Shown one piece after another: positions 39,524-50,111 of a DNA stretch of 64,000 nt. Position 1 is the first letter of the stretch. Each line of letters begins with the position of its first letter. The stretch spans positions 485 through 64,484 of the forward strand of contig DAOOVT010000001.1 of the NCBI GenBank assembly GCA_035370405.1, in the 5' to 3' direction. Position numbers and translations under genes: made by a program. Under the pieces are notes generated by a model. The model was not told where the DNA came from. It was given only the letters and a program-made list of their open reading frames with translations, and ran no database searches. The stretch comes from Candidatus Dojkabacteria bacterium (lineage in GTDB: Bacteria; Patescibacteriota; Dojkabacteria; SC72).

Positions 39524-40660
39524 TTATTTTATAGCTTTCTCTATTTCTTCCAACGCTTTATCACCAATCCCCTTGATATTCTTTAATTCTTCCTTCTTCA
39601 TATTTTTCAACAAGCCAACACTCGAAACTCCTGCTTCCATCAAAGACTTTACTACACGCGGTGACAAATTAAGCTCTTCAACCGATTTCTCATCTTCCGC
39701 TGCCTTCACCTTCTCTGCAGCCTCTATTTCGGCATCTATATTCTTCTCTTTTTTCACTATTCTGACAACGGAAAACTCCTTATCAACCTTAACCTTACCT
39801 TCTCTCAAAGCCTTCATTCTCTCTCTGTCATCCTCCTCCATCTTCTGTCTCCTCTCCTTCTCTTCCAAATACTCTTTATGAAGTTTAGCTAATCTTGCTT
39901 CATGATCTCTTCTTAATGAAGTCACCGATTCGGCCTTCTTTGTCTTTCCACAAATACTTCCGAAAATATTTACAAATAGATTAATACTCTTAATGGAATC
40001 ATCATTAGCAGGTATAGGATAATCAATTAAATCAGGATTACAATTAGTATCTATCAACCCTATTATAGGAATATTCATATTTCTGGCTTCTTTTATAGCA
40101 TTCTCTTCAACTTTGCTATCTATAACAATCATTGCGGAAGGAAGTTCATCCATAAATTTAATTCCACTATATATTCTATTAAGTCTATCAACCTCTTTCT
40201 GCATAACAAGCATCTCCTTCTTAACTCGTCCTTCACCTCCTTTTGCCAAATCCTCCTCCATTTTCAAAAGATTTTCTACACTTCTCTTAATCGCATCAAA
40301 GTTGGTAAAAAGACCTCCCGGCCATCTTCTATTTATGTAAAACATACCATTTTGAAGTGCTATATTCTGAACTATTGTTGCAGCTTGACCTTTAGTTCCA
40401 ACAATAAGTATATTTCCTCTCTCACTAAATTTTGACAATGCATTCAATGCTTTCTCTAACTCCTCATTTGTCTTAACCAAATCAATTATATGAATCCCAT
40501 TTCTTTCTTCATATATATACTTTTCCATTCTTGGATCCCAAGCACTCTTCTTATGTCCGAAATGACATCCTGCCTTTAGTAAATCTATTAACTCTGGTAA
40601 TTGAAAACTCTTATTTTTAGTCTCAGTCTTCTCGGAGACTTCTTTTTTGGTTTCTACCAT
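39524..40660 (-). CDS. rpsB: 30S ribosomal protein S2 with C-terminal coiled coil and HhH/alpha-CTD-like domain
   Basis: AGCHFGH, RNGIHIIDL, RWPGGLFTN, DTNCNP and PANDD. Start moved to 40660. Confidence 0.95.
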   Translation of the reverse strand: MVETKKEVSEKTETKNKSFQLPELIDLLKAGCHFGHKKSAWDPRMEKYIYEERNGIHIIDLVKTNEELEKALNALSKFSERGNILIVGTKGQAATIVQNIALQNGMFYINRRWPGGLFTNFDAIKRSVENLLKMEEDLAKGGEGRVKKEMLVMQKEVDRLNRIYSGIKFMDELPSAMIVIDSKVEENAIKEARNMNIPIIGLIDTNCNPDLIDYPIPANDDSIKSINLFVNIFGSICGKTKKAESVTSLRRDHEARLAKLHKEYLEEKERRQKMEEDDRERMKALREGKVKVDKEFSVVRIVKKEKNIDAEIEAAEKVKAAEDEKSVEELNLSPRVVKSLMEAGVSSVGLLKNMKKEELKNIKGIGDKALEEIEKAIK

Positions 40661-40684
40661 ATTTTTTTCCTTTCCTTTTAAAAA

Positions 40685-40745
40685 ATATTTCTGAAGGGGA
40701 ATATACTTTCCATATATCACCCAGGATCGGTCAGAAATATATGAG
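40685..40745 (-). promoter_or_regulatory. Candidate rpsB leader structure
   Basis: 10-bp stem ATATTTCTGA/TCAGAAATAT enclosing CCTGGGT, just upstream of rpsB. S2 autoregulatory leaders are known at this position. Confidence 0.4.
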
Positions 40746-40794
40746 ATATTAAACAGCACGATTATACATATCAAAGGCCGTTAATGCAAATAAA

Positions 40795-41430
40795 TTAAAC
40801 CTCTATCCGTTTCCATTCATTTCTCCCTATAACTATATGATCTAACAAAGTAATACCAACTAAATCCATTCCCATCTTCAACTTCTTTGTAATAGCCTCA
40901 TCCTCCCTGCTTGGCATAGGATCTCCAGAAGGATGATTATGCGCGATAATAACACTATTGGCATTTAATTCTAATGCTGGAATTAAAATATCCCTAGGGG
41001 TAATTGACACCCCATCTATACTACCTATACATATAGTTCTTCTCTTTATCAATTCAAATCTAGAATTCAAAAAAAGGCCAACAACATACTCCTGCTTTTT
41101 TCTCCCAATATCTTTAAGAACCTCATATGCATCTGAAGAATCGCGTACAAAACGCTTACTAGAATCCTGAGGCTCATACAATCTCCTACCCAACTCTATA
41201 CCGCACAAAATCCTCATAGCTACAACTGGCCCTATTCCACAAATAGACTCCATATCTAATATTGAAATTTTCTGTCCATCTTCAAGCTTCTTTCTCACCA
41301 AATACAATGTACTCTTCGCAACAGACATAAAATCCTTTCCTTTAACCCCCTTGCCTACAACAATGGCTATCAATTCCATATCAGACAAATTATCAATACC
41401 AAATTTCAAACATTTTTCCCTTGGAAACAT
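40795..41430 (-). CDS. radC: RadC family JAB-domain protein
   Basis: LSDMELIA, HhH GIGP, and HNHPSGD..PSRED..LLDHIVIG. Confidence 0.93.
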   Translation of the reverse strand: MFPREKCLKFGIDNLSDMELIAIVVGKGVKGKDFMSVAKSTLYLVRKKLEDGQKISILDMESICGIGPVVAMRILCGIELGRRLYEPQDSSKRFVRDSSDAYEVLKDIGRKKQEYVVGLFLNSRFELIKRRTICIGSIDGVSITPRDILIPALELNANSVIIAHNHPSGDPMPSREDEAITKKLKMGMDLVGITLLDHIVIGRNEWKRIEV

Positions 41431-41466
41431 ATATCTACACCATACAAACCAACTATGAAAAAATTC

Positions 41467-43635
41467 TTAACTTGCCCTTTTCCTTCGCTTACGTTCCTTT
41501 TTAATATACTTACACTCTGGATAATTACTACATCCAATAAACATACGTCCCCATTTACTTCTTTTCTCTACTAAATTACTTCCACATTTAGGACATTTTT
41601 CATTAAGCAAAAGAGGAACTATACCTTTACACTTTGGATAATTCTCACAAGCCCAAAACTTACCATACTTACCACTCTTAAGAACAAGATTTGACTTACA
41701 CAAAGGACACTCTGTCGGATGAGCATACTTTTCAAAATCTAAACTCTCAACTGCCCCAGAGATATCTTTCATACCTTTACACTCAGGGAACTTTGCACAA
41801 CTCAAAAATTTCCCGTACCTTCCAACCCTTACAACCATTTTTCCTCCACATACAGGACATTTCTCCTCCGAATCTCCAAGTATCACCACATCCTCTTTGT
41901 TTACACCATTCAACGCTTTCGATATATTCTCCATCAAAGGCTTGTATTGTGCATCTATCACAGGAATATATTTTTTCTTACCTAAAGCAATACCATCTAG
42001 CTCATCTTCTACTTCAGCTGTATATTTGTAATCCACTAACTTCTTAAAATTATTCCTTAGAAAATTAGTAACAACCCTCCCAACATCTGTTGGATACATA
42101 GACTTTCCATCTTTTGCTACATACCCTCTTGCAGAAATTGTTGAAATTATAGTGGCGTATGTAGATGGTCTTCCAATCCCAAGTTCTTCTAACTTTTTAA
42201 TTAAAGAAGCCTCTGTATACCTTGCTGGAGGAACCGTGAATTTTTGCTCACTTGCAAAACTAAGTAACTCCAATTCATCTCCTTTTTCAATTCTAGATAT
42301 TTTCTGCATATTATCATCACTACTTCTTCCCCCTCCGAGAACTTTTCTAAATCCATCAAAAATTATTCTTTCTCCACTCATCACAAATATGTATTCAGGA
42401 GATTTAACATCAACAGGTGTTGTATATACAGTAAGTTGCTCAACTTCTTTATTTCTCATTTGACTCGAAACAGCCCTTTTCCAAATTAGAGAATACAATC
42501 TCGCAGCTTGAGTCCCAAGTTCTTTAGCAATCTTTTCCTCTGATACATTGAAATCAGTAGCCCTAATTGCCTCGTGAGCTTCCTGCGCATTTTTTGACTT
42601 AGTTTTGTAATAGTTTGGCTTCTCTGGAAGATATTCTTTTCCATATCTTTTTTCAACTAATTTTCGAATGCTATCTACCGCTTTACTGCTCAAAAAAAAT
42701 GAATCTGTTCTCATATATGTTATATATCCAGCCTGATACAGGATCTGAGCTAAATCCATAGTCCTCTTTGCACTAAAACCAAGTACATTGTATGCCGATT
42801 GCTGAAGTGTTGAGGTTGTAAATGGTGGATATGCATGCTTACTTACATTTCTCCTTTTTACATCCTTTGCGACAAACTTACTCTCTCCAATAGTTCTTTC
42901 TATCTCATCTACCTCTTCTTTGCTCTTTGGTACATATTTTTTCCCATCTTTCCTACTTAACTGTGCTACCATTATTTTCTTTGATGAATCTTTGAGTTTT
43001 ACCGAAACTTCCCAATACTCCTCAGATTTGAACAATTCTCTTTCCTCCTCCTTCTCTACGACAAGTCTTAAAGCCACCGATTGAACCCTTCCAGCCGAAA
43101 GACCATACCATATTTTTTTCCAAATCAACTCTGATAGCTTGTAACCTACAAGTCTATCTAAAACTCTTCTAGCCTTTTGAGCATTAACCAAATCTACATT
43201 TATTTCTCCGGTATTTTTAATTGCCTCTTTTATTGCATCTTCTGTAATTTCATGAAAGGTTACTCTCTTAGGGTTCTCTAACTTTAATACATTCGCTACA
43301 TGCCAGGCTATGGCTTCTCCTTCTCTATCAGGGTCCATTGCTAGATATACATTACCATCTTCGGGAATAGCTTTCTTCAAATCCTTTATAATCTTTCCCT
43401 TGCCATATATATTCTCATACATTGGCTCATATCCGTTATCTATATCTACGCCGAGTTTACTCTTTGGAAGATCAATAACATGACCAACCGTCGCCATAAC
43501 TTTATAATCAGATCCCAGATATTTGTTTATTGTCTTAGCCTTTGAAGGTGATTCAACAATCAGCAGATTTTTGTACGAATGCTTACTTTGTCGTTTAGAT
43601 AATGTCTTTTTCTTTGTTTTTTTGCTCTTTTCCAT
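41467..43635 (-). CDS. topA: DNA topoisomerase I
   Basis: IVESPSKAKTI, DPDREGE, SAGRVQS, ITYMRTD (catalytic Tyr) and three C4 zinc ribbons. Start uncertain. Confidence 0.97.
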   Translation of the reverse strand: MEKSKKTKKKTLSKRQSKHSYKNLLIVESPSKAKTINKYLGSDYKVMATVGHVIDLPKSKLGVDIDNGYEPMYENIYGKGKIIKDLKKAIPEDGNVYLAMDPDREGEAIAWHVANVLKLENPKRVTFHEITEDAIKEAIKNTGEINVDLVNAQKARRVLDRLVGYKLSELIWKKIWYGLSAGRVQSVALRLVVEKEEERELFKSEEYWEVSVKLKDSSKKIMVAQLSRKDGKKYVPKSKEEVDEIERTIGESKFVAKDVKRRNVSKHAYPPFTTSTLQQSAYNVLGFSAKRTMDLAQILYQAGYITYMRTDSFFLSSKAVDSIRKLVEKRYGKEYLPEKPNYYKTKSKNAQEAHEAIRATDFNVSEEKIAKELGTQAARLYSLIWKRAVSSQMRNKEVEQLTVYTTPVDVKSPEYIFVMSGERIIFDGFRKVLGGGRSSDDNMQKISRIEKGDELELLSFASEQKFTVPPARYTEASLIKKLEELGIGRPSTYATIISTISARGYVAKDGKSMYPTDVGRVVTNFLRNNFKKLVDYKYTAEVEDELDGIALGKKKYIPVIDAQYKPLMENISKALNGVNKEDVVILGDSEEKCPVCGGKMVVRVGRYGKFLSCAKFPECKGMKDISGAVESLDFEKYAHPTECPLCKSNLVLKSGKYGKFWACENYPKCKGIVPLLLNEKCPKCGSNLVEKRSKWGRMFIGCSNYPECKYIKKERKRRKRAS

Positions 43636-43720
43636 ATTTGTAATGGTTGCAATCATATATCACAGTTTACTTGAAAGCAAACCAATGACTATTCTGTTCA
43701 ACTCGTTTTATCATTATATA

Positions 43721-44389
43721 CTAGAATTTAATTGGAATTTTGTACTGTCCCTTGCTAAGCCCCATTAATTCATAGAAATCATCAGCCCTGCATAAAATAT
43801 TTGCTCCTTGTTTAGCTAACTCATTGCATCCTGCAGATACATTACTAAATATACTACCTGGGACTATGTGTACATTACGATTATTCTCTAGTGCATACTT
43901 CGCAGTGATTAGAGAACCGCTTTGCAGACCTGCCTCTATGACGACACAGTGCATCGATAATCCTGCAATTATCCTATTTCTTAAAACAAACATATATTTT
44001 TGCACAATTGTCTTGCTAGGAAACTCAGAAAGTACAAGCCCATCATTCTTTATAATCTCTCTTAGTGTCTCATTCCTGAAATTTAATACCCCCGTGGGTA
44101 TAACCGCAATTGTTTTAATCTTCTTTCTCAAGCAAGTACTATGAGTAAATTCATCAACACCCCTCGCTAAACCACTAACAACGGCTATATTAATATCACA
44201 AAAATCTGTAATTAAGAAATTCTCAATCACATTTCTTCCATAACTTGTCATATTTCGTGTTCCAACGACAGAGATATGATTGTAATTCAAAAGATCAACA
44301 TTTCCCCAACAATACAGCCTCTTGGGAGGATCATATATTTGCTTAAGCAGATATGGATACCTGCTATCACTATATCCCACTATTGTCAT
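43721..44389 (-). CDS. dprA: DNA-protecting protein DprA (core domain only)
   Basis: VVGTR, VSGLARGVD, RNRIIAGLS and SGSLITA. Confidence 0.92.
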   Translation of the reverse strand: MTIVGYSDSRYPYLLKQIYDPPKRLYCWGNVDLLNYNHISVVGTRNMTSYGRNVIENFLITDFCDINIAVVSGLARGVDEFTHSTCLRKKIKTIAVIPTGVLNFRNETLREIIKNDGLVLSEFPSKTIVQKYMFVLRNRIIAGLSMHCVVIEAGLQSGSLITAKYALENNRNVHIVPGSIFSNVSAGCNELAKQGANILCRADDFYELMGLSKGQYKIPIKF

Positions 44390-44423
44390 AGCTTTACGGT
44401 ACTCTGTCTTTATGAAAATTTCG

Positions 44424-46427
44424 TTAAATCAAACCATTTGATATCATCCAATCAATCATCGCTCTAGCAATAGCTACTGCATTGTAACTCTGCCCACCAT
44501 CTTCCAAAAATATGGTAAGAACATATTTGGGGTTTTCATATGGGAAAAATGTTGTAACCCAAGCATGTGTATGCTCATACTCTCCATCTTTGTTCAATTT
44601 CCCGAACTCTGCTGTCCCAGTTTTTGCAGCAACTTTAATCCTCATTCCTGCAACACCAGTTATAGTTGCCCTTCCTCCATTAACAGCATTAAACATTCCC
44701 TCTCTTACAACTTGCAAAGCATCAGCACTCACGATATTCTCATCTATATCCTCAAATGACACAAACTCCTCCTCTTTATTTTCATTAACAAAATATTTTG
44801 CCAAATGAGGCCTATGCAATGTTCCACCATTTGCAATAGCTGAAGTCCAATTTGCCATCTGCAATGGTGTTACCAATGTAATACCTTGTCCTATTACAGA
44901 ATTACAAGAGTCTCCTTCTGGATACCATACAGGTTCTAACCAAGGACTCGTTGTATTTGCCAACGCAATTTTATTTGCTGGGGACGGAAGTCTTCCAGGA
45001 GCTTCTCCTGGAAGATCTATACCTGTATATTTCCCTATCCCAAACCTTTCAAGGTACGGAACAAGAGCATTCATATCCCAATGACGAATCAACTCACAAA
45101 AATAAATATTTGAAGAAACAGATAGAGCATCAATCATATTTAAAGCTCCATACGCATGATTCCCATATTCCTGAAATGGTGCCCCACTTGAAAATGTATA
45201 CCCTGCACTACTAACATACACAGTATTTTTTGTTACAACTCCTGCATCCAAAGCTCCTGCTGCAACTATGGTCTTAAACGTAGAACCAGGAGGAACTTGT
45301 GCTGCTATTGCCCTATTAAGAAGAGGATTCTTGGGATCGTTTAACAATGCATCATATTCGCTTTTTGAAATACCTCCTACAAATGGATTGTTATCATATC
45401 CTGGAAACGAAACTAAAGACAAAATTTCTCCATTTGTAACATCTTCGAGTATTCCAGCTCCTCCAATTGCTTTGTAATCACTAATCCCCTCCTCTAAAAG
45501 AGAGTACAACTCTTTCTGTGCATTAATATCTATTGTTAAATACAAATTCTCTCCTGCTACAGGTTCTCTGAGAGTATATGGCTCATCTGACACTGTCTTC
45601 CCTACAGCATTCACCTCCCACGCAACTTGTCCATGTTCACCCAAAAGTTTTTCATCATACTCCCTCTCTATCCCAGTTATACCTATTGTATCAGTTATAT
45701 CTACATAATCCTTCTTCTCAAGATCTTCTGCTGTAACATCTCCCGTGTATCCCAAAACATGAGAGATTACATTCCCCGCAGGATAGTATCTTTTACTCCC
45801 ATCATCTATATACACACCTACTAGTTTATCTAAATTTGCCTTCACTTTTATCGCAGTATCATTATCTATATCTGTAGCTATTAGTATCTCTTGGAAATAT
45901 GGACTTTCTTTATGCACAGAAAGTATCTTTTCCATTATGGAAGAATACTCTGATTTTCCATCACCCTTGTTCTTCTTCCAATTATCTCCAAGTATTTCGG
46001 AAAGGGAATCAACCGTCTTCTGTAATTTTTCAGCCTCTATATATCCATCAGAATCTAAATAGTTTTCAATTAGAATATATACATTCATAGATGACACATT
46101 TTGTGCCAAAGCTATACCATTCCTATCTAAGATTGCACCTCTCAAAGCAGGTTCCGTTTTAATTTTCACCTTATTGGTCAGTGATTTATCAAGCATCTCT
46201 TCTCCTAATGCTACTTGTAGTGTAACTAAATCCTTTATTAAGATACCGAAGATACCTATGAATAGTAGGAACAAGGCAATGTAATTCCATGCTGGATTGA
46301 TATTATCCTCATGATTTTTTTTAACCGAATTGCGTAAATTTACTGCAAAGTATTTCCTACTTATGCGTATTCGAAATTTTTCTTTTTTCTTTTTCGGTTC
46401 AATTTTTTTAGAAATCTTTAAGTCCAT
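44424..46427 (-). CDS. mrdA: Penicillin-binding protein 2
   Basis: RGAILDRNG, PGSTFK (SxxK), SSN (SxN) and KTGTAE; follows mreBCD. Confidence 0.93.
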   Translation of the reverse strand: MDLKISKKIEPKKKKEKFRIRISRKYFAVNLRNSVKKNHEDNINPAWNYIALFLLFIGIFGILIKDLVTLQVALGEEMLDKSLTNKVKIKTEPALRGAILDRNGIALAQNVSSMNVYILIENYLDSDGYIEAEKLQKTVDSLSEILGDNWKKNKGDGKSEYSSIMEKILSVHKESPYFQEILIATDIDNDTAIKVKANLDKLVGVYIDDGSKRYYPAGNVISHVLGYTGDVTAEDLEKKDYVDITDTIGITGIEREYDEKLLGEHGQVAWEVNAVGKTVSDEPYTLREPVAGENLYLTIDINAQKELYSLLEEGISDYKAIGGAGILEDVTNGEILSLVSFPGYDNNPFVGGISKSEYDALLNDPKNPLLNRAIAAQVPPGSTFKTIVAAGALDAGVVTKNTVYVSSAGYTFSSGAPFQEYGNHAYGALNMIDALSVSSNIYFCELIRHWDMNALVPYLERFGIGKYTGIDLPGEAPGRLPSPANKIALANTTSPWLEPVWYPEGDSCNSVIGQGITLVTPLQMANWTSAIANGGTLHRPHLAKYFVNENKEEEFVSFEDIDENIVSADALQVVREGMFNAVNGGRATITGVAGMRIKVAAKTGTAEFGKLNKDGEYEHTHAWVTTFFPYENPKYVLTIFLEDGGQSYNAVAIARAMIDWMISNGLI

Positions 46428-46430
46428 AGT

Positions 46431-46934
46431 TTATGACAGTTTTATGTTTGATCTATTACCCTCTTTTCTAAATCTACTAGTAAATATTTCACATAGTATA
46501 ATTATTATCAAAGAAATAGCTGAGTACAAGACACAATTTTTTAATTCTGCTGAAGTTACGAGAGTAAACGCTCTATTCAAAAATAACGATGGAAGCATGG
46601 AAAAAAGAATGTAATATACCAGTAGGGTGAAGAATTTGACACCCCAAGAAAGTATTCCCACCTCTGTAGAAAAAAATATCGATACCAAAGAGAAGAATAT
46701 CAAGGCTAATAAGGCTGTTAAAAAATTAGTTCCTAACATGTAATGAGATGTAACATCAATAATGAGACATATTATGAACATCAAAGGAAAAAGAATTTTC
46801 CAATCAACTTTCCTATACAAAAACAAGAAGAAAACAAATGCGATATTTATACCAAGCAAATTAGAAAAAAAACTTTCCAAAAATATGAAGAGAAAAATCC
46901 CAACTATTGTGTATATTAGTTTTAATACAATCAT
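46431..46934 (-). CDS. mreD: Rod shape-determining protein MreD-like
   Basis: Very hydrophobic 167-aa protein between mreC and mrdA; called mainly from position. Confidence 0.65.
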   Translation of the reverse strand: MIVLKLIYTIVGIFLFIFLESFFSNLLGINIAFVFFLFLYRKVDWKILFPLMFIICLIIDVTSHYMLGTNFLTALLALIFFSLVSIFFSTEVGILSWGVKFFTLLVYYILFSMLPSLFLNRAFTLVTSAELKNCVLYSAISLIIIILCEIFTSRFRKEGNRSNIKLS

Positions 46935-46940
46935 ATTGTT

Positions 46941-47765
46941 CTATATTTCAACAAATACAGTAATTAAATTATCATAATTGATTAATGGATTTACATAACC
47001 AGTTTTTGATGTATTCGCTGGATTGTCAGATAGCCCTACTAGATATCCAAGTACTAGGTAATTTCCAATTTTTTCATCGTTAAGCACAACAACATCTCCC
47101 TCTTTAACATTTGCATCAGCAGACATATTTTCCACTTTGATACCATTGCCTGTCCCTATGACAACTGCTTTGCTTAGAATCGGTGGTTCAGAGGAAATGA
47201 CTGCATTCTCAACACCTGGTTGAGTGATTATTGCTTCAAAATTATTTCCTTTAGACAAGGGTAATTTTACTAGAGATCCAGTTTTATCCGATTTTATAAC
47301 TTGCCCAACATATACATTACCAATACTTACAACATTGTCCTGCTTCACTCCATCATCACTTCCAGCATTTATTTTTATATATTCGGAGTCATTTCTACCA
47401 AGCACTTTACAAGTAACATATTTTTTTGATATATCAGAAAGGTTTAATTGTTTTTTCAAAGAGTCATTCTCTTCCTTTAAGATTAAGTAGTAGGAATTGT
47501 TAATATCTTTTTCATACATATCAATTTTTAAGTTATTGTAATCTTCCATAAATTCACCCATCTTCACAAAATTTTGGAAATACCTCCTTACTCCCGTACC
47601 AATTTCCGCTCCATTATATGCCAAAGGCTCAAATACATATGATATTCCATTTCTAAGAGAGGTTACTAATCCAATACTATCTAGTAGTACAAAAATTATT
47701 CCTGCAAGTATACTCACAGATATATATACATATGTATTGTCAAAAACAGATTGAGTCTTTCTCAT
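46941..47765 (-). CDS. mreC: Rod shape-determining protein MreC
   Basis: TM helix, coiled coil LKEENDSLKKQL, INAGSDDGV and VGQVI. Confidence 0.88.
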   Translation of the reverse strand: MRKTQSVFDNTYVYISVSILAGIIFVLLDSIGLVTSLRNGISYVFEPLAYNGAEIGTGVRRYFQNFVKMGEFMEDYNNLKIDMYEKDINNSYYLILKEENDSLKKQLNLSDISKKYVTCKVLGRNDSEYIKINAGSDDGVKQDNVVSIGNVYVGQVIKSDKTGSLVKLPLSKGNNFEAIITQPGVENAVISSEPPILSKAVVIGTGNGIKVENMSADANVKEGDVVVLNDEKIGNYLVLGYLVGLSDNPANTSKTGYVNPLINYDNLITVFVEI

Positions 47766-47786
47766 TTTCAAACAAAACACATTTAA

Positions 47787-48842
47787 TTAAACCAGCTCAT
47801 CCCATGATTTTTGTATTCTTTGGAGTAGATCTATGTGATCGAGCATTAGTGCTGTACCTTTAGCTGTTACAGACATAGGTTCATCAACTATTTTAACTGG
47901 CATATTAAGTTCTTCACTAAGGTATACATCCATTCCTCTTATCAATGCGCCCCCACCAGTAAGATATACACCTGAAGTAAGTAAATCCTTCAGAAGTTCT
48001 GGCGGAGTATCTTCTATGGCATCTTTTACAGATTCTGTTATTATTCCAATGGTATTCATGATTGCTTCTCTTATCTCTATGCTGTTAATTTCAACAGTTT
48101 TGGGTAATCCGGTAAGCAAATCACGTCCTTGCACACCCTGTTTCTTTTCCTTTTTTAGAGGAATAGCTGAACCCATGAGTATTTTAATATCTTCTGAACT
48201 TCTCTCACCTATCAGAACATTGTATTTATTCCTTATGTAATTAACGATATCCTCATCCATTTCATCTCCAGCCACTTTCATTGTTTTGTCAACAACAATA
48301 TCTCCGAGTGAAAATACTGCTATATCCGTAGTCCCTCCCCCTATATCAACAATCATGCTCCCTGAAGCATCTTCAACAGGAAGACCAGCCCCTACTGCAG
48401 CAGCCATAGATTCTTCAACTATGAAAACTTCCCTAGCTCCAGCAGTTTTTACTGCATCTATAACTGCTTGTCTTTCAACTTCGGTAACAGATGATGTTAC
48501 TCCAACAATAACTCTTGGCCTTGGTATCTTAAACCCCTTACTAAAGTATGTGTGAGCTTTCTTTATGAAGTGAGAAATCATTGCCTGTGTTGTATCAAAA
48601 TCTGAGATAACTCCATCTCTAAGAGGTCTTACTGCAACTATATTAGCTGGAGTTCTCCCTATCATCTGACGAGCTTCCTTCCCTACAGCAAGTACCATTT
48701 TTGTCCGCTTATCAACAGCTACAACTGAGGGTTCAGAGACAACAACACCATGATTTCTCATGTACACCATAGTATTGGCAGTACCTAAATCTATTCCAAA
48801 ATCATATGTAACTAATTCCCATAGGGAATCAAGCATACCCAT
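47787..48842 (-). CDS. mreB: Rod shape-determining protein MreB
   Basis: IDLGTANT, EPSVVA, RPLRDGVI, DIGGGTTD and TGGGAL. Confidence 0.97.
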   Translation of the reverse strand: MGMLDSLWELVTYDFGIDLGTANTMVYMRNHGVVVSEPSVVAVDKRTKMVLAVGKEARQMIGRTPANIVAVRPLRDGVISDFDTTQAMISHFIKKAHTYFSKGFKIPRPRVIVGVTSSVTEVERQAVIDAVKTAGAREVFIVEESMAAAVGAGLPVEDASGSMIVDIGGGTTDIAVFSLGDIVVDKTMKVAGDEMDEDIVNYIRNKYNVLIGERSSEDIKILMGSAIPLKKEKKQGVQGRDLLTGLPKTVEINSIEIREAIMNTIGIITESVKDAIEDTPPELLKDLLTSGVYLTGGGALIRGMDVYLSEELNMPVKIVDEPMSVTAKGTALMLDHIDLLQRIQKSWDELV

Positions 48843-48942
48843 CGTTTAATCATTTAATCGTTTAAATAATATACGACATTATACAACAAAAACTGTTCAT
48901 TTAAGAACCAAAAGAGTAAAAATTTCTTTGAAAAATGTAAAA

Positions 48943-49158
48943 CTACTTTAATACTTCCTTTTGAAGCTTCTTGTAGCACTTCATACAAACAGTAAGTTTC
49001 GTAGGGATACCATCAACCTCCACTTCAACTGTACGAAGATTAGGCTTAAAGGCCCTCTTTGTTTTTGGAGCTTTGTATCTCCACCCAACAGAGTGCTTGT
49101 GCTGTATCCTATTACCAGACACTGTAGATTTTAAACATAAATCGCATCCTTTTGACAT
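48943..49158 (-). CDS. rpmB: 50S ribosomal protein L28 (zinc-binding type)
   Basis: MSKGCDLC..GN..TKRAFKPNL..VCMKC. Start moved to 49158. Confidence 0.92.
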   Translation of the reverse strand: MSKGCDLCLKSTVSGNRIQHKHSVGWRYKAPKTKRAFKPNLRTVEVEVDGIPTKLTVCMKCYKKLQKEVLK

Positions 49159-49291
49159 AGTCCGTGCATTATATATTAAAACAAGCGACGACGCAACCAT
49201 TTCATTCACATATCTGTATCACAGAATATACCCCACGGGGTATATTATCTCTTCTTTTCTCTAATCAGCATAGTGTATAATGACGACAACT

Positions 49292-49903
49292 ATGTTTGAT
49301 ATCACATGGATGGTCTTTGCGTTACCATCAATAATTCTAGCGTCAGCAGTACACGAATATGCTCATGCTGCGACTGCATACAAGCTCGGAGATCCAACAG
49401 CAAAAGCAGAAGGAAGAATGACATTAAACCCCCTTGCTCATATCGACCCCATGGGTATTTTGTGTATGGTTCTTTTTCGATTCGGATGGAGCAAACCAGT
49501 TCCAATAAATGAAAATAATTTCACAAATAAAAAGCTTGGAATGGCACTCTCCGCTCTATCTGGACCAGTGTCAAATTTCATTCTCTTACTACTCACAGCC
49601 TTACTCAATTATTTACTAAAACCTAGTATCTCCTCTCCCATTTATCTTTTCCTATTTGTCTTCGCCATAGTAAATTGTTCTCTCTCCATATTCAATTTAA
49701 TTCCAATACCACCACTTGACGGGCATAAAATTGTCGGAGGATTACTGCCAAATCGCCTATCATACTATTGGGATGATCTTGAGAAATACTCTCTTCTACT
49801 AATCATAGTTCTTGTCCTTCCAATTTTTCCTTTTGGATCTTTAGCCTCATACATCATCTCATCGGCTATTGGAAATATAATGGTGCTACTAGGCTTTTAC
49901 TAA
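49292..49903 (+). CDS. Site-2 protease family (M50B) protein
   Basis: HEYAH, GDPTAK..GRMTLNPLAHIDP and FNLIPIPPLDG. Start may be 49280 or 49292. Confidence 0.92.
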   Translation: MFDITWMVFALPSIILASAVHEYAHAATAYKLGDPTAKAEGRMTLNPLAHIDPMGILCMVLFRFGWSKPVPINENNFTNKKLGMALSALSGPVSNFILLLLTALLNYLLKPSISSPIYLFLFVFAIVNCSLSIFNLIPIPPLDGHKIVGGLLPNRLSYYWDDLEKYSLLLIIVLVLPIFPFGSLASYIISSAIGNIMVLLGFY

Positions 49904-49929
49904 AAGAATTACTAACGGCTCAAATATAT

Positions 49930-49958
49930 TTGTTTTATCTTTCCCATCAATATATAAT
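49930..49958 (+). promoter_or_regulatory. Sigma70 promoter for the 6S RNA candidate
   Basis: TTGTTT-17 bp-TATAAT. Confidence 0.55.
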
Positions 49959-49962
49959 GAAG

Positions 49963-50111
49963 TTGCTCTGATTGGATATAGGCGGTTTCATAGCTCCATA
50001 TTGTAGAGCTTGGGATCCCAAACAGTGTAAATCGCTCAGTCCTGTGGGATTGAGTTGAGGGAACCCACTTGTTCTTTTTGAGCTCTATGACTCTGCCTCC
50101 TTTCAGGGCAT
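49963..50111 (+). ncRNA. ssrS: 6S RNA candidate
   Basis: Rod-like fold: TGCTCTGA/TCAGGGCA, AGGCGG/CTGCCT, TCATAG/CTATGA, central bubble, TGGGATCCC/GGGAACCCA, terminal CTCAGTCC/GGATTGAG. G-U pairs favour the + strand. Resembles the Firmicute 6S UGGGAGCCC...GGGCACCCAC motif. Confidence 0.75.

Noticed and set aside
40795-41430. radC as a sign of a prophage or mobile element
   Set aside because: It is the full-length form in a dprA-topA housekeeping context, with no integrase or phage genes.
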